Below are positions 23,036-36,206 of a DNA stretch of 64,000 nt, in pieces. Origin of the DNA: Malacoraja senta (lineage: Eukaryota). The stretch is taken from NCBI GenBank assembly GCA_038087875.1, contig CM075988.1, forward strand, positions 18,912,001 through 18,976,000, written 5' to 3'. A program made the translations under genes and the position numbers. The notes beneath the pieces are model-generated. The model did not search any database and was not told where the DNA came from. It saw only the letters and a list, made by a program, of their open reading frames with translations. Each line of letters opens with the position of its first letter. Position 1 is the first letter of the stretch.

Positions 23036-23402
23036 TGACCATACTGAATAATGGAGCAAGCTCAATGGTCTCCTCCTGCTCCAGTTTCTCTGAGCTTCTA
23101 TGAGCCTTGTACCTCGTCTCTGCCTCTATCTCAATATGTATACCCCTGTCAATCCCAGCCCTGAATGCCTTTTACTACACCCCCCCCCAACCCAACCACC
23201 CACCCCCACCTGCTCACCCCCTCCTGCCCATGACCCACAGCCACCATTGGGTAGGGCAGGTTCAGAGGGATTTGGGCCAAATGCAGGCAGGTGGGACTAC
23301 TGTAGGGGACATATTAGTCAGCATGGGCTAGTTGGGCTGGTTAACCTGTTTCCATGCTGTATGGTTCGATGACTCTATGATAGGGGAAGCCATATCCGAT
23401 AC

Positions 23403-23463
<61 letters not shown>
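23403..23463. repeat. (TA)n microsatellite
   Basis: Directly visible dinucleotide run. Confidence 0.95.
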
Positions 23464-23467
<4 letters not shown>

Positions 23468-24117
23468 ATAAAACATTTTTACTACTCTTTTTGTTTGGTT
23501 GCACATCTCAGAAATAGAGTGGTGTGTGTTCCTGCAATGGAGGATGAAGCACTCTTTCACCGGAGATTGGGCACTGACTGTGGATGGGGTAGAGAGAGGA
23601 AGATCAGTTCCTCTATTCCCTAATGACAATGTGCGTTCTGTGTCCAGTATTGCTCAGAAGCCTCCGGTTGGAAACTTCAGCAGAGCAAATCAGTATGGGA
23701 TGCTGATAGCTTCTGAACTTCATGCACTATTCAAAGAATATAGAACATAGAACAGTGTGGCACAGAATCAGGCCCTTTGGCCCACAATGTCTGTACTGAA
23801 ACATCATGCCAAGACCAACATATCTGCCTGCACATGATCCATATCCTTCCATTCCCTGCATATCCATGTGCCTATCCAAAATCTCTTAAACACCTTTAAT
23901 ATATCTGCCTCAACCACCACTTTGGTAGCTCATTCTGGACACACACCAGGCTCTGTGTAAAAAAAAACTTGTTCCACACATCTCCTTTAAGCTTTGCCGC
24001 TCTCACCTGTATCATGTAAAACCCCAGATCAAAACACAACGTGCTGGAGGAACTCAACAGGTCACGGAGCATCCGTGAAGAGAATGGACCGATGAGGATT
24101 CTCATCGTCACATTTTT

Positions 24118-24599
24118 TAATTATTTTTTATTTTTATTTATTAGAAGTACATTACATTACAACCGCATACATTAGTACTGGTCATTTATATCTTCTTACA
24201 ATTAATGTACTCCATTTATTTTTTACACTAGAAAAGGAAAAGATTGAAAGAAAGAAGAAAGTGAAGGAAAAAGTGAGAGTGTAGGAAATGTGACAACAAA
24301 AAAGGACGAAGACCCTATAAGAGCAAAATTAAAAACAAAAGAAAAAGAGTTAAGAAATAGACCCTAGGAAAGAAAGAGAAAGAGAAAGAGGAAAAAGAGA
24401 GAAACAAATATTTTTATGAGCATTACGTAAATGGGACATACCAACTCTTCAACTATCATTCCCCCTTACCTGACCTCAATTTTTTTTTTTTTAAGTACTT
24501 TTGCACCCTATATTTGTAATAATTCTATAAATGCAGACCACGTCAGGTGGAAGTGATCTGGTTTACCTGCTAGGAGGAGTCTTATCTCTTCTAGGTGTA
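24118..24599 (-). mobile_element. Short 5'-truncated L1 (ORF2 end and 3' UTR)
   Basis: Homologous to 10096-10590; 14-bp TSD ATCGTCACATTTTT (24104-24117 and 24600-24613) at a TTTTT/AA site. Confidence 0.85.
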
Positions 24600-26147
24600 A
24601 TCGTCACATTTTTAAATATGAAAGCCCCACATCAATAACCCACAGTTTGGTTTCTTGTCTATTTTATATTCATTACATCATTAGCTTTAACCATTCTCTA
24701 CACAAGTTGTAGCAGACAAAATTGCTAAAATACATATTAAAGTATTTGAGTCCAGTATTCTGAGATATTTCTCACATTCTCCACATCAGCATCCCATTTA
24801 GTTTGCGATTCTATAACATTCTTGTCTGGCAAAGGGCATTTTTCTCAATGGTTTCCAGCAAGTGTCGACTTCTTTCACAGCCCAATGTTCATTGTTGCCA
24901 GGACTTGAGGGTCAGAGCTATAGGTGGAGGTTGGCTAGGTTATTCCTTGGAGTGCAGAGGAAATAGGTTTAAGATGAGATGGGAAAGATTTAATAGGAAT
25001 CTGAGGGGCAACTTTTTCACACAGAGGATGGTGGGTGTATGGAGTGAGCTGCCTGAGGAGGTATTTGAGGCTGGTTCTATGAGAACATTTAAAAGATATT
25101 TGGACAGGTACAAAGATAGGAAAGGTTTAGAGGGATATGGGTCAAGAGTCAAGAGTGTTTTATTGTCATATGTCCCAGGAACATGGGCAGATGGGACTAA
25201 CATAGATGAGGCATCTTGGTCGGCATGGATAAGTTGGGCCGAAGGGCCTGTTTCTGTAATGTATGACTCAATAACTCTATGACTCTAAATTGATATCTTC
25301 ACAATCCTGAAAGCACCGGTGAACCAAGAAATACTCAGGATTAAACCAATCCCACCTAGTGTGTAAAATTGGATATTCACTCTCTCCGAGGTAGATTCAT
25401 TCATTCATCAATTCCTCGTAACAAATAATTTCAGTTGTAACGTAACGGGAAAATTAACTTTCCTGTTGGATTTACATGGTGTTAAATTAATCAATTTTGA
25501 ATTTGCACATGATTACTTTTCAAATGAAGTAAATGCCAGATTTTCATCATTTGATAGAGGATAATTAGGCTCATGTGGTCAGTCACACAGCATATCACTG
25601 CTGCATTTGTCTAAAATACGTCACGACTGTTAATACCACAACCAAAATAATGGATCTAAGAATTCAGACAATTTGATTAAATGATCAATTATGCCAGGAA
25701 TCTAATTTTAAAACCTTGAAGTGAAGTGTTCTGAGTACTTTTCAGAACTACTTTTCAGAGGTACAGTGAAAAGCTTTTGTTGCGTGCTAACCAGTCAGCG
25801 GAAAGACAATACAAGACAATTCTGAAGGACGAACAGACACCTTGGAATTGGTGCTGCATTGAAACTCGAATCTTTCAGTTTAATTAGTTTGGTTTATTTA
25901 TTGTCGTGTGTACGGAGATGCTCACTATCCAGTCAAATCGTGGCATTCGGCAGCACAATAGGTCCTCTTGTGGAACAGCGCGCCATCTTGCAACTTCCAA
26001 GTCTGATCTTGGCCCAAGGGGATCGATCTGCAGTTTCTTATTTCCTCGCTTTAAGGCCCGGTGTCCTGGATTGGTGAAGTCGGGGTCGGCCTGGCCCAGC
26101 ACGATGCCGTCGGCTCCTTCCACCGCCGCTCCGTGCAGCAATTGCTG

Positions 26148-27547
26148 AGATACATAGATACATAGATACATAGAAAATAGGTCCAGGAGTAGGCCATTCG
26201 GCCCTTCGAGCCTGCACCGCCATTCAATATGATCATGGCTGATCATCCAACTCAGTATCTCGTACCTGCCTTCTCTCCATACCCCCTGATCCCTTTAGCC
26301 ACAAGGGCCACATCGAACTCTCTCTTAAATATAGCCAATGAACTGGCCTCAACTACCCTCTGTGGCAGAGAGTTCCAGAGATTCACCACTTTCTGTGTGA
26401 AAATGTTTTTCCTCATCTCGGTCTTAAAGGATTTCCCCCTTATCCTTAAGCTGTGACCCCTTGTCCTGGACTTCCCCAACATCGGGAACAATCTTCCTGC
26501 ATCTAGCCTGTCCAACCCCATAAGAATTTTGTACGTTTCTATAAGATCCCCTCTCAATCTCCTAAATTCTAGCGAGTATAAGCCAAGTATCCAGTCTTTC
26601 TTCATATGAAAGTCCTGACATCCCAGGAATCAGTCTGGTGAACCTTCTCTGCACTCCCTCTATGGCTATAATGTCCTTCCTCAGATTTGGAGACCAAAAC
26701 TGTACGCAATACTCCAGGTGTGGTCTCACCAAGACCCTGTACAACTGCAGTAGAACCTCCCTGCTCCTATACTCAAATCCTTTTGCTATGAAAGCTAACA
26801 TACCATTCACTTTCTTCACTGCCTGCTGCACCTGCATGCCTACTTTCAATGACTGGTGTACCATGACACCCAGGTCTCGCTGCATCTCCCCTTTTCCTAA
26901 TCGGCCACCATTTAGATAATAGTCTGCTTTCCTGTCTTTGCCACCAAAGTGGATAACCTCACATTTATCCACATTATACTGCATCTGCCAAACATTTGCC
27001 CACTCACCCAGCCTATCCAAGTCACCTTGCAGTCTCCTAGCATCCTCCTCACAGCTAACACTGCCCCCCAGCTTAGTGTCATCCGCAAACTTGGAGATGT
27101 TGCCTTTAATTCCCTCATCCAGTTCATTAATATAAATTGTAAATAGCTGGGGTCCCAGCACTGAGCCTTGCGGTACCCCACTAGTCACTGCCTGCCATTG
27201 TGAAAAGGACCCGTTTACTCCTACTCTTTGCTTCCTGTTTGCCAGCCAGTTCTCTATCCACATCAATACTGAACCCCCAATACCGTGTGCTTTAAGTTTG
27301 TATATTAATCTCTTATGTGGGACCTTGTCGAAAGCCTTCTGCAAGTCCAGATACAACACATCCACTGGTTCTCCCCTACCCACTCTACTAGTTACATCCT
27401 CGAAAAATTCTATAAGATTCGTCAGACATGATTTACCTTTCGTAAATCCATGCTGACTTTGTCCAATGATTTCACCACTTTCCAAATGTGCTGCTATCCC
27501 ATCTTTAATAACTTACTCTAGCAGTTTCCCCATCACTGGTGTTCAGA
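26148..27547 (-). mobile_element. CR1 LINE, 5'-truncated, with RT
   Basis: QHGFTKGKSCLTNL, LDLQKAFD, GVPQGSVLGP, FADDTK, VRPHLEYC; frameshift near 26590; (tatgtatc)n tail. Confidence 0.92.
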
Positions 27548-27549
27548 TG

Positions 27550-27971
27550 GACGTGGTCTACGTTTCTGGACCTATTACAAGCATGAGGTGCAATAGTAAT
27601 TTAAAAAATAAATAAAGAAAGAAATGGTATCAGGACCTGGTAATGGGAGGTAAAACAACAAAAACAGACTTGGTTGGTGGTTCCCTTTCTGCGATTGTTC
27701 CTACTTTCTTCTTCTTTCTTTTCTAGAATCTACTTTCTTACTTTACTTCCTTCTCTAACTTCTTTTCTAATGGGCTTTCTTTTCACAACACTCTCTTGCA
27801 CTTCACGTCTCTTGCGCACTTTCTTTACTTTTCTTACTTCTATCTTTCTCTTAAAGCTCAAAAAAATGAAGCGGTATAAAAAATGTATTAAGATATATGT
27901 GTTGTGTATTACTGTAATTTACCGTACTTCTAATAAAAATAATAAAAAAAAAATAATAAAAAAAAAAAAAA
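27550..27971 (+). mobile_element. Short 5'-truncated L1 3' end
   Basis: acgtggtctacgtttctggacctattacaagcatga matches the ORF2 end (TWSTFLDLLQA*) of the 10.5-kb L1; T-rich UTR and poly(A). Confidence 0.85.
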
Positions 27972-29241
27972 TATGCTGCTATCCCATCTTTAATAACTGA
28001 CTCTTTAATAAGATGATCTCCCAACGTGGTTTAAGGCAGCGAGACCACTGGATAAATGATCAGATGGCTGAGTGTGCTTTTAGGGCTGCGTTGTGTTCAG
28101 TTTGTGGCAGGATGGAGCGAGAAGCCGTCAAGTATTCCGCCATCTCACACGCTGCAAAATCCAACCCCTCTCTGCAGAGTGCCTCCGATCAGGACCTTTA
28201 AACGATTCTGAAGTGTCTGGCCCGTCTGAGTATCTGTGTGTACGGAATGCCCGGGCTGCCCTTACCCTGCTGCCAAAACCACCGTATTGTATAACCCAGC
28301 GTTCTGTACTATCTAGGGAACAGATAATAGCTTGTACTCTTTGGAAATGTGTGAAGCAAATTAACAAAGACAACAGTGGCAGGTGGCTAAGTTTATTATT
28401 TAGCGGCTGGGGAAAATGATGCTTCTGGCGAGAAGTGCAACAATTGACGGCAAAATAACCAGGTGAAGGTGAGCAGTAAGGACAGCCAATAGACTCTGGA
28501 TTTATCTCATTAACCCTTGCTGTACCGGCAACACTTTGAACGCACCATTATTTGTTTTACATACAGAGGTTTATATTGTTGAAGACGCAAGACTTTGAAA
28601 TGGAAAAACCAAAGTCTTGCAGCGATCAATGCATGGTGGATGCGCAATGTTGTAATATGAAATCAAATAAGTATTCCCACACAATGTTTTTAAAGTGCAC
28701 AGTGTGTGGGTGGTAAACATTTCTGTGAAGAACTCCCGCACTGCAAGCACCTACCATGCTGGAGACCACAGGAGAGGGAACGAATAATTCAAAGAACTAA
28801 AGGGCACAGCTTTAAGGTGAGAGGAGCAAAGTTAGAAGAAGTTGGTGGGAAAGTTATAGACACAGAGAGTGGTGGGTGCCTGGAACGCGCTGCTGTGACT
28901 GGTGGTGGAGGCAGATATGATAGTGCAGTTTAAGAGGCTTTTAGATAGGCACATTGATCTGCAGAGATTAGGGGGATATGGAGCACCTTAGAGGGATTAT
29001 GGACCATGGCAAAGAAAATTAGTTTAACTTAGCGTCATGTTTGGCATGAACATTGTAGGTCAAAGAGCTTGTTCCTGTGCTGCACTGCACTGTGTAATCA
29101 AAAGGAGCTGCAGATGCTGGTTTATACCAATGATAGTCACAACTTGCTGGAGTAACACAGTGGGTCAGGCAGCATCTCTGGAGATCATGGATAGGCGACT
29201 TTTCGGGTTGTGACCCTACTTTGAATACACAAAATGATGAA

Positions 29242-30222
29242 ATGTTTAAGAAGGAACTGCAGATGCTGGAAAATGGTAGGTAGACAAAAATGCTGGAGAA
29301 ACTCAGCGGGTGAGGCAGCATCTATGGAGCGAAGGAAATAGGCAATGTTTCGGGTCGAGACCCTTCTTCGGACTGATGTGAGGGTGGGGGTGGGGGTGGG
29401 GGGGGGAAGAAGAAAAAAAGAGGTGGAGACAGTGGGCTGAAGGAGAGCTGAGAAGGGGAGGAGAAAGTAGGGACTACCTGAAATTAGAGAAGTCAATGTT
29501 CATACTGGGGTGCAAACTGTCCGAGCGAAATATGAGGTGCTGCTCCTCCAATTTACGGTGGTTCTCACTCTGGCCATGGAGGAGGCCCAGGACAGAAAGG
29601 TCGGATTCGGAATTGGAGGGGGAATTGAAGTGCTGAGCCACCGGGAGATCAGGTTGGTTATTGCGAACCGAGCGGGGGTGTTCGGCGAAGCGATCGCCAA
29701 GCCTACGCTTGGTCTCACCAATAGTAGAGCAGCTGACATTTAGAGCAGCGGATGCAATAGATGAGGTTGGAGGAGGTGCAGGTGAACCTCTGCCGCACCT
29801 GGAAAGACTGCTTGGGTCCTTGAATGGAGTCAAGGGGGGAGGTAAAGCGACAAGTGTAGCATTTCCTGCAGTTGTAAGGGAAAGTGCCAGGAGAGGGCGT
29901 GGTTCGGGTGGGAAGGGACAAATTCACCAGGGATTTCCCTGAAAGGATTTCCCTGGAATTGGAGGAGCAGCACCTCATATTTCGCTTGGGCAGTTTGCAC
30001 CCCAGCGGTATGAACATTGACTTCTCTAATTTCAGGTAGACCCTACTTTCTCCTCCCCTTCTCAGCTCTCCCTCAGCCCACTGTCTCCACGTCTTCCTGT
30101 CTTCTCCCCCCCCCACCCTCACATCAGTCTGAAGAAGGGTCTTGATGCGAAACATTGCCTATTTCATTTGCTCCATAGATGCTGCCTCACCCGCTGAGTT
30201 TCTCCAGCATTTTTGTCTACCC
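29242..30222 (-). mobile_element. Penelope-like element: GIY-YIG endonuclease fragment with an inverted pseudo-LTR
   Basis: CRKCYTC...FTCTSSNLIYCIRC...GETKRRLGDRFAEH...VAQHFN...NIDFSNFR; a ~265-bp terminal segment is repeated in inverted orientation (29279-29553 vs 29957-30221); 15-bp TSD ACACAAAATGATGAA (29227-29241 and 30223-30237). Confidence 0.88.
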
Positions 30223-30619
30223 ACACAAAATGATGAAGTAACTCAGTCTGAGGAGTTACTCCAGCATTTTGTGTCTCTATTGCAGATGCTACAATATTGA
30301 GTAAATGCAAAATAACTCAGAAGATCAGGCAGCATCAGTGTAGGATGGATAGGCAATGTATTGGGTTGGGACCCTTATTGAGTGATTGTAGTAGGAGGAA
30401 GAGAGCTGGAAACTAAGAGGAGGCTGGACAAAGCCTGGACAAATACAGGTGAGGAGGGGGTGTTTGAATGGCAGACGGGTGGAGTAAGTGACAAAGGCTG
30501 GAAGTTAAAAGGAGGCAAAAGGGTGTCGTAAGAAGAGGAGTGAAATGTAATGTCAGAGGGCAGATATGGGTGGCAGGTGATGGTGTGGGGAAAAATTGGG
30601 GAGCCAGATAGTGGGAGGG

Positions 30620-30930
30620 TGGTATGGTGGCGCAGTGGTAGAGTTGCTGCCTTACAGCGCTTACAGAGCCAGAGACCCGGGTTTGATCCTGACTATGGGT
30701 GCTGTCTGTATGGAGTTTGTAGGTTCTCCCCGTGACCGTGTGGGTTTTCTCTGAGATCTTCGGTTTCCTCCCACACGTATAGGTTTGTAGGTTAATTGGC
30801 TTGATATAAGTGTAACTTGTCCCTAGTGTGTGTAGGTATACAGCGTTAATGTGCGGGGATCGCTGGTCGGTGTGAACTCGGTGGGCCGAAGGGCACTGTA
30901 TCTGTAAACTAAACTAAACGAAACTAAACA
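30620..30930 (+). mobile_element. HE1-type SINE
   Basis: tggcgcagtggtagag head, core and (ctaaa)n tail. Confidence 0.8.
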
Positions 30931-32939
30931 AATGGGTGCACACCAGGCTGGAGATAGGGTGCAGGCAAGAGAGGGGTTGGGGGAAAAAAAGGGGGAGAGG
31001 TGATACCTAAAATGAGAGAATTCATGGTTAGCTGTTTTGAAAGGAATGCACACAACCCTGCAGAAGGCAAGTTTCTCTTGACGGATTAGCTGGGAAAACA
31101 GCAAGCCCTGAAGGTGCATGTAGTCTCGTTGAGGCAGCAGGCGTGACCCAGGGGATTGTGGAGCCGGCGAACCCAAACACTAGTGGCAGGTGCTGAAGGT
31201 TGTCACATGCGTGGGTTTAATTGGAGGTTGCTGCTGCTCTCTGGAGCCTGGGTGTCAGGCAAGTGGACAGGGAGGGCAGAGCCAGTGGCAGCTTGTGAGG
31301 GACAGTGAGAGTTGAGGCAACACCATGTTTCAAGTAAAAAGGCTCAATGATGTAGACAGTAAATTTCAGCAGATAAATTTGACGGGTTCACAAAGCTCTT
31401 GTGAGGTTGCTTTCGCCTCTACCTGGAATGGAATTTCGATAACATTGACTAAATTAATACTCTAACACAATTTAGACTTCTGAAACGCAGTGAAAACAAC
31501 CGTACTAATTAAAAGCTGGGATCCAGCCAAACAAGCATATATTATTCAATTAATTAGTTCCACAGTAATAACCGGAGTTTCACTCGACTCATTTTAAAAT
31601 GGTCTTTGTGTTACCTCAAAGTCTCTATTTGCTATAGTAACTTTAAAATTAATTTTCAATACCTTTTGATGACTGAGCGAGAATTAAATAAAAACTTTCC
31701 AATTAGATATTTTTAAATATTAGAAATGACCAAAATTTATCAGGTTCACTATTTAATAGGATTTTCTTTTGTTAATGATTTCAACGAGCCCAATGTGTGT
31801 AAAATTTGAATATAATTGAAACCCATCTGTAATAAGTCTCCAATCAGTTGGATGCAAATTCCCAGCCTCTGAGTGTGTTTTGAGCATTCATATAATTTGG
31901 CTTAGCTTGGTTCGTGAAGATCCACCTTCGACATAGAAACACCTCTGAGCTTGTATTTTATAGTTGGAATTATTTTAATGGTCAAATAGCTAATTGCACG
32001 GCTCTATTACCCATTCTGTCAAGCATGGACGAGGTGGTTGTAACATTAAAATCACAGAGGGTTGAAGAATATTTCCTGTCATTTTGAATGTCACAGACAG
32101 GATTTTCTGTTGGTTAACAATGACTCACCGTCATTTCCCTCTTCACCATGTTCTTAAATATATTCTGTCACCGTGCATTGAGTCACGGGCAAGGCAGTAC
32201 ATTGGCGCAGTGGGCAGAGACGCTTCCTCACAGCGCAAGAGGCCCGAGTTCAATCCTGACCATGGTTGCTGTTTGTGTGGAGTTTGCACGTTCTCTCTGT
32301 GACCGTGTGGGTTTCTTCCTGGTGTTCCTGTTCCTCTCACATCCCAAAGACGTGTGTGTGCTAGAACATAGAACAGTACAGCACAGGAACGGGCCCTTCG
32401 GCCCACGATGTTTGTGCCAAACATGATGCCTAGCTGAACTGATCTCGTCTGCCTGCACATGATCCATATCCCTCTATTCCCTGTATTTCCGTGTCAAAAA
32501 GCCTCCTAAACTCCACTATTGTATCTGCCTCCACCGCCACCATTGCCAAAGCACACCAGTCCCCATCACTCTCATAAGGTCATAAGGAATAGTAGAATTA
32601 AGCCATTCGGCCCATCAAGTCTATGCCGCCATTCAATCATAGGTAAACTATCTCTTCTTCCTAACCCCATTCTCCTGCTTTCACCCCATAATCTCTGACA
32701 TCTGTACTAATCAAGAATAGTAAGATTAAACGAGAACTTACCAGTTTGAAGTTTGATCTGTATTTTATGAGGAGTTACGATAAGGGATTACGTGAAGAGC
32801 CCGTCCAGCACGCATGCGCGATATTCTTCAAAGCAGCGGTGTGGAATCACAGGAAACACAACAATTGAAATAAACATAGTAAAGAAAAGGAGAACTAAGA
32901 TACCAGTTGATCTCTATAATTGAGGGTGGGAGCGGAGGG

Positions 32940-33052
32940 CACGTAATCCCTCATCGTAACTCCTCATAAAATACAGATCAAACTTCAAACTGGTAAGTTC
33001 TCGTTTAATCTTACTATTTTACTTCGGAGTCACGTGAGTGACTACGTGAAGA
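32940..33052. repeat. DIRS1 internal complementary region (ICR)
   Basis: 32940-33018 is the reverse complement of 32716-32794, and 33016-33052 is the reverse complement of 37474-37510, each with one mismatch. Confidence 0.92.
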
Positions 33053-33211
33053 TTTTAAAGCTCTGTGATTTCAAACCGTGAAACACTTCACTCGCTGCCG
33101 AAGTCATTCAAGGGAGGAAGTATGTTATCGTAATCAACCATGAATCTGTTTGTAAACAATAATGGTATTTATTAAACAATAACAAAAGAAAAATGCTCCC
33201 CCGGGCTTAAA

Positions 33212-34196
33212 TCATATATTTGCAGATTCTAAAATTCTTTCTGCAAATAACACAGGTGCTGCTAGCGGCTTGTTGTAGAACGTTTGGAACGTTTTCTCCA
33301 TGGACCACACCGCTGTAGCCAGGATGTGGTTCAGTGGTACGTCCATCCTTTTAGCCGCCAATGTGGATGCTGCCCTAGTGGAGTGAGATGTATATACGTC
33401 AGTATCTACTCCAGCAGCTCCCAGTACCTGCTTTAGCCACCTTGAGATGGTTTGGCTCGACACCCGACCATGTGGTTGCTTGTGGCTGACCCATAAGGCT
33501 TTTTCTCTCCCTCGGGAATCTCTTCTGGCGTTGATGAGTCAGTAGGTGAGTCATGACACACAACCGCGGGTCAGGTGGGTATGCCCGGAAATCCATAACT
33601 AGGCCTGAAGTTCCTGGCCTGCTCTGCTTTACCAGCTCTTGAATGGTGAATGATACCCGGTCTGGTGTTATAACCATGTTATCCAGTCGCAGTAAGTAGA
33701 GGGACTGGACTCTTTGTGCTGAGACTAGTGCCATCAGCATGACCGTTTTCAGGGTTAGCTGTTCCAGAGTGAGATACCTGGCTGGTGACCATCCCCTTAG
33801 GTATGTCAGGACCACACTGACATCCCAGATTCTGGTGTATCTAGGTCTAGGGGGGTTAGAGTTGAATATACCCCTCATGAGTTTAATCACCAGCGGGTGA
33901 GACCCTATAGCCTGTTGTCCTGGAACTTGTTTTAAATAGACTGACAGAGCACTTCTGGCAGTATTGATGGCGCTGTAGCTCAATCCTTCATTATGGTGAA
34001 GGCCAGCCAGGAACTCCAGTACATTGGTTATGGTTGCAGATGAGTACGTTGTCCCAGTAGTCGAGCAGTATCTTTCCCACTTCCTGATGCTCGATAGGTA
34101 TTGTTTCCTGGTGGACATACGGTGGGACGCTGTCATCGTGTTGATGGTCCTGTCAGATGACCCCAGGCCCAGCAGTGGTCTTTTCATAACCTGCAA
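33212..34196 (-). pseudogene. DIRS1 tyrosine recombinase (frameshifted near 33535)
   Basis: SYSAINTARSALS, PRYTRIWDV, SAQRVQSL (catalytic R), HSTR (HxxR), W and FY (catalytic Y), spread across two frames. Confidence 0.88.
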
Positions 34197-34816
34197 CCCA
34201 GTAGGTTAATTTTGTCATGGCATGGATGACTTATGCCTGATACCGGGTGAGTCAATAGGTCTGGGCTACTGGGGAAGGTCATAGGAGTTTCAATGACCAT
34301 GTCGAGGACCACTGGGAACCATGGCTGTGTAGGCCAGTCGGGTACTATCAAAATACCTGAAGCAGAGTCCATCTGTATTTTGCGTAGTACCCTACTGATG
34401 AGGCAGAAGGGGGAAAAAGCATAAAAGAAATAGTTTCCCCAGTTCAGCGCGAATGCATCTATCGCTGCTGCCTCAGGGTCTGGTTCCCAAGCAATATACA
34501 TTGGTACGTGGTGATTTAGTCTGGATGCAAAGAGATAGATATCTGGTGTGGCATATTGCTTTGTAATTTTAGCAAAAGCTCTAGGATTTAACATACATTC
34601 GGTGTTATCATTGAATTTGCGTGACCTGGTGTCTGCCACTGTATTTAGCTTACCTGGTAGGTAAGTTGCTGGTAGCCAAATATGTCTATCGACACACCAT
34701 TGCCAGATTTTGTTGACCAAATTGTCACATGATATCGATTTTATTCCGCCCATATGGTTAATGTAGGCCACCACCGTGGTATTATCAATTTGTAAACGAA
34801 CATGCAAATGGTGCAT
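34184..34816 (-). pseudogene. DIRS1 RNase H C-terminus plus N6-adenine DNA methyltransferase-like domain
   Basis: DNTT...HMGG and NTVADTRSR (RNase H); PDIYLFASRLN, IDAF...W, YAFSPF and ILIVPDWPTQPWFP (methyltransferase-like). Confidence 0.82.
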
Positions 34817-36206
34817 ATCCGTAGAATATGCTTTTTAAACCATAAAACGCACCCAACATTTCCAAGTAATTTATGTCCAGTGTTTGTAGTAAAGATGATT
34901 CTAGGTTAGTCCATCTACCACCTGTGCTGGATATGGTATTAGTTGCTCCCCAGCCTTGAGCACTGGCATCTGTTTGTATAATTAATGTTGGGTTATTGAT
35001 GATGATAGGGCTGGAACTATGCCAAATATGTTCTATCCACCATTGTAACTCTGATATTGCTTCAATGGTTAATTTCATGGTTCGGTCAAAGTGACCTGCA
35101 TGTTGTTTCAACGCCTGTACTTTTGCCCTTTGTAGGTTCTGATAGTGCAGGGGTCCAAATTGTGTAGCTGAAAATGCTGCTACCAATTTGCCAATTACTC
35201 TTGCCACTTGTCGGATGGTTGGTCGATTGCTAACCATTAAATTGTTGCACGTCTGTGCCAATTCTGCTGATTTACCTTTTGGCAACGTTACAGACATGTG
35301 GACTGAGTTAATTGTGAATCCCAGAGAGTCCATAGTTGTGGATGGCGTCAACTTAGATTTATCTGGATGTATGACAAATCCCAGGGTTTCAAACAATTGT
35401 TTGGTAGCTAATACAGCTGATTTAGCCAACTCCATGGTTTTGCCTACTATTAGGATATCATCAAGATATGCCATGACAATATGTCTTTGTTTTCTTAATA
35501 TTGCCAAGGCTGGTTTTAATATCTTGGTAAATAGTCTAGGGGCTGATGTTAACCCATTAGACAACGCTTTATACTGCCATAGTTGCCCCATCCAGGTAAA
35601 TTTCAGGTATCTGCGATGACCCTTATGAATGGGTACTGAATAGTAGGCATCTTTTAAATCAATGCTTGCCATAAAGTATCCTTTGGAAATCAGTTGTTTG
35701 GCAGTTACAAATGTTTTCATTTTGAAATGTACATACTTAACAAAGGTATTCAGCGAGGTTAAGTCAATGATGATGCGACATCCACCATCTTTTTTGCTTT
35801 TGGTAAATATATTTGAGACAAATTCCAAAGGTTCATGTTTGGATTTCTCAATGACACCCTTTGTAAGTAACCTCACCAGTTCTGCTTGAGCCTCTAGTTT
35901 CTCTTTGACTGAGAGGGTAAAGACCCTTTGGGGTACGTGCTGAACTGGTGGCATGTTTTCTTGAATGAACTGTATTTTGTATCCCCGAATACTGTTAAGT
36001 ATATAACTATCATTCGTGAGAGACCTCCATGCTTCAATGAACAGGTGTAATCTACCCCCTGTTAGTACAGTCCCCCCACTTTTTATATGCTGGTAGGAAC
36101 CAGACCCACCTACCTCCATAGTTATGGGAGTGTTCATTGCTTCTGTTTTTTCATCTGCCGTTGTACTGCTGGATGTCCTGTTGGTTGGGGGTGGCGCATT
36201 TTCCAT
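34785..36206 (-). pseudogene. DIRS1 reverse transcriptase / RNase H
   Basis: GGRL, KKDGGCRIIIDL, SIDLKDAY, GLTSAPRLFTK, YLDD, TDASAQGWG, INYLEM; frameshift near 34820. Confidence 0.9.

Noticed and set aside
23332..23629. ORFs with IYIYIY runs
   Set aside because: Translation of a (TA)n microsatellite.
33212..36206. Prophage or bacterial integrase + Dam methylase + RT defence system
   Set aside because: Domain order, ITR/ICR structure and the vertebrate repeat context match a DIRS1 retrotransposon.
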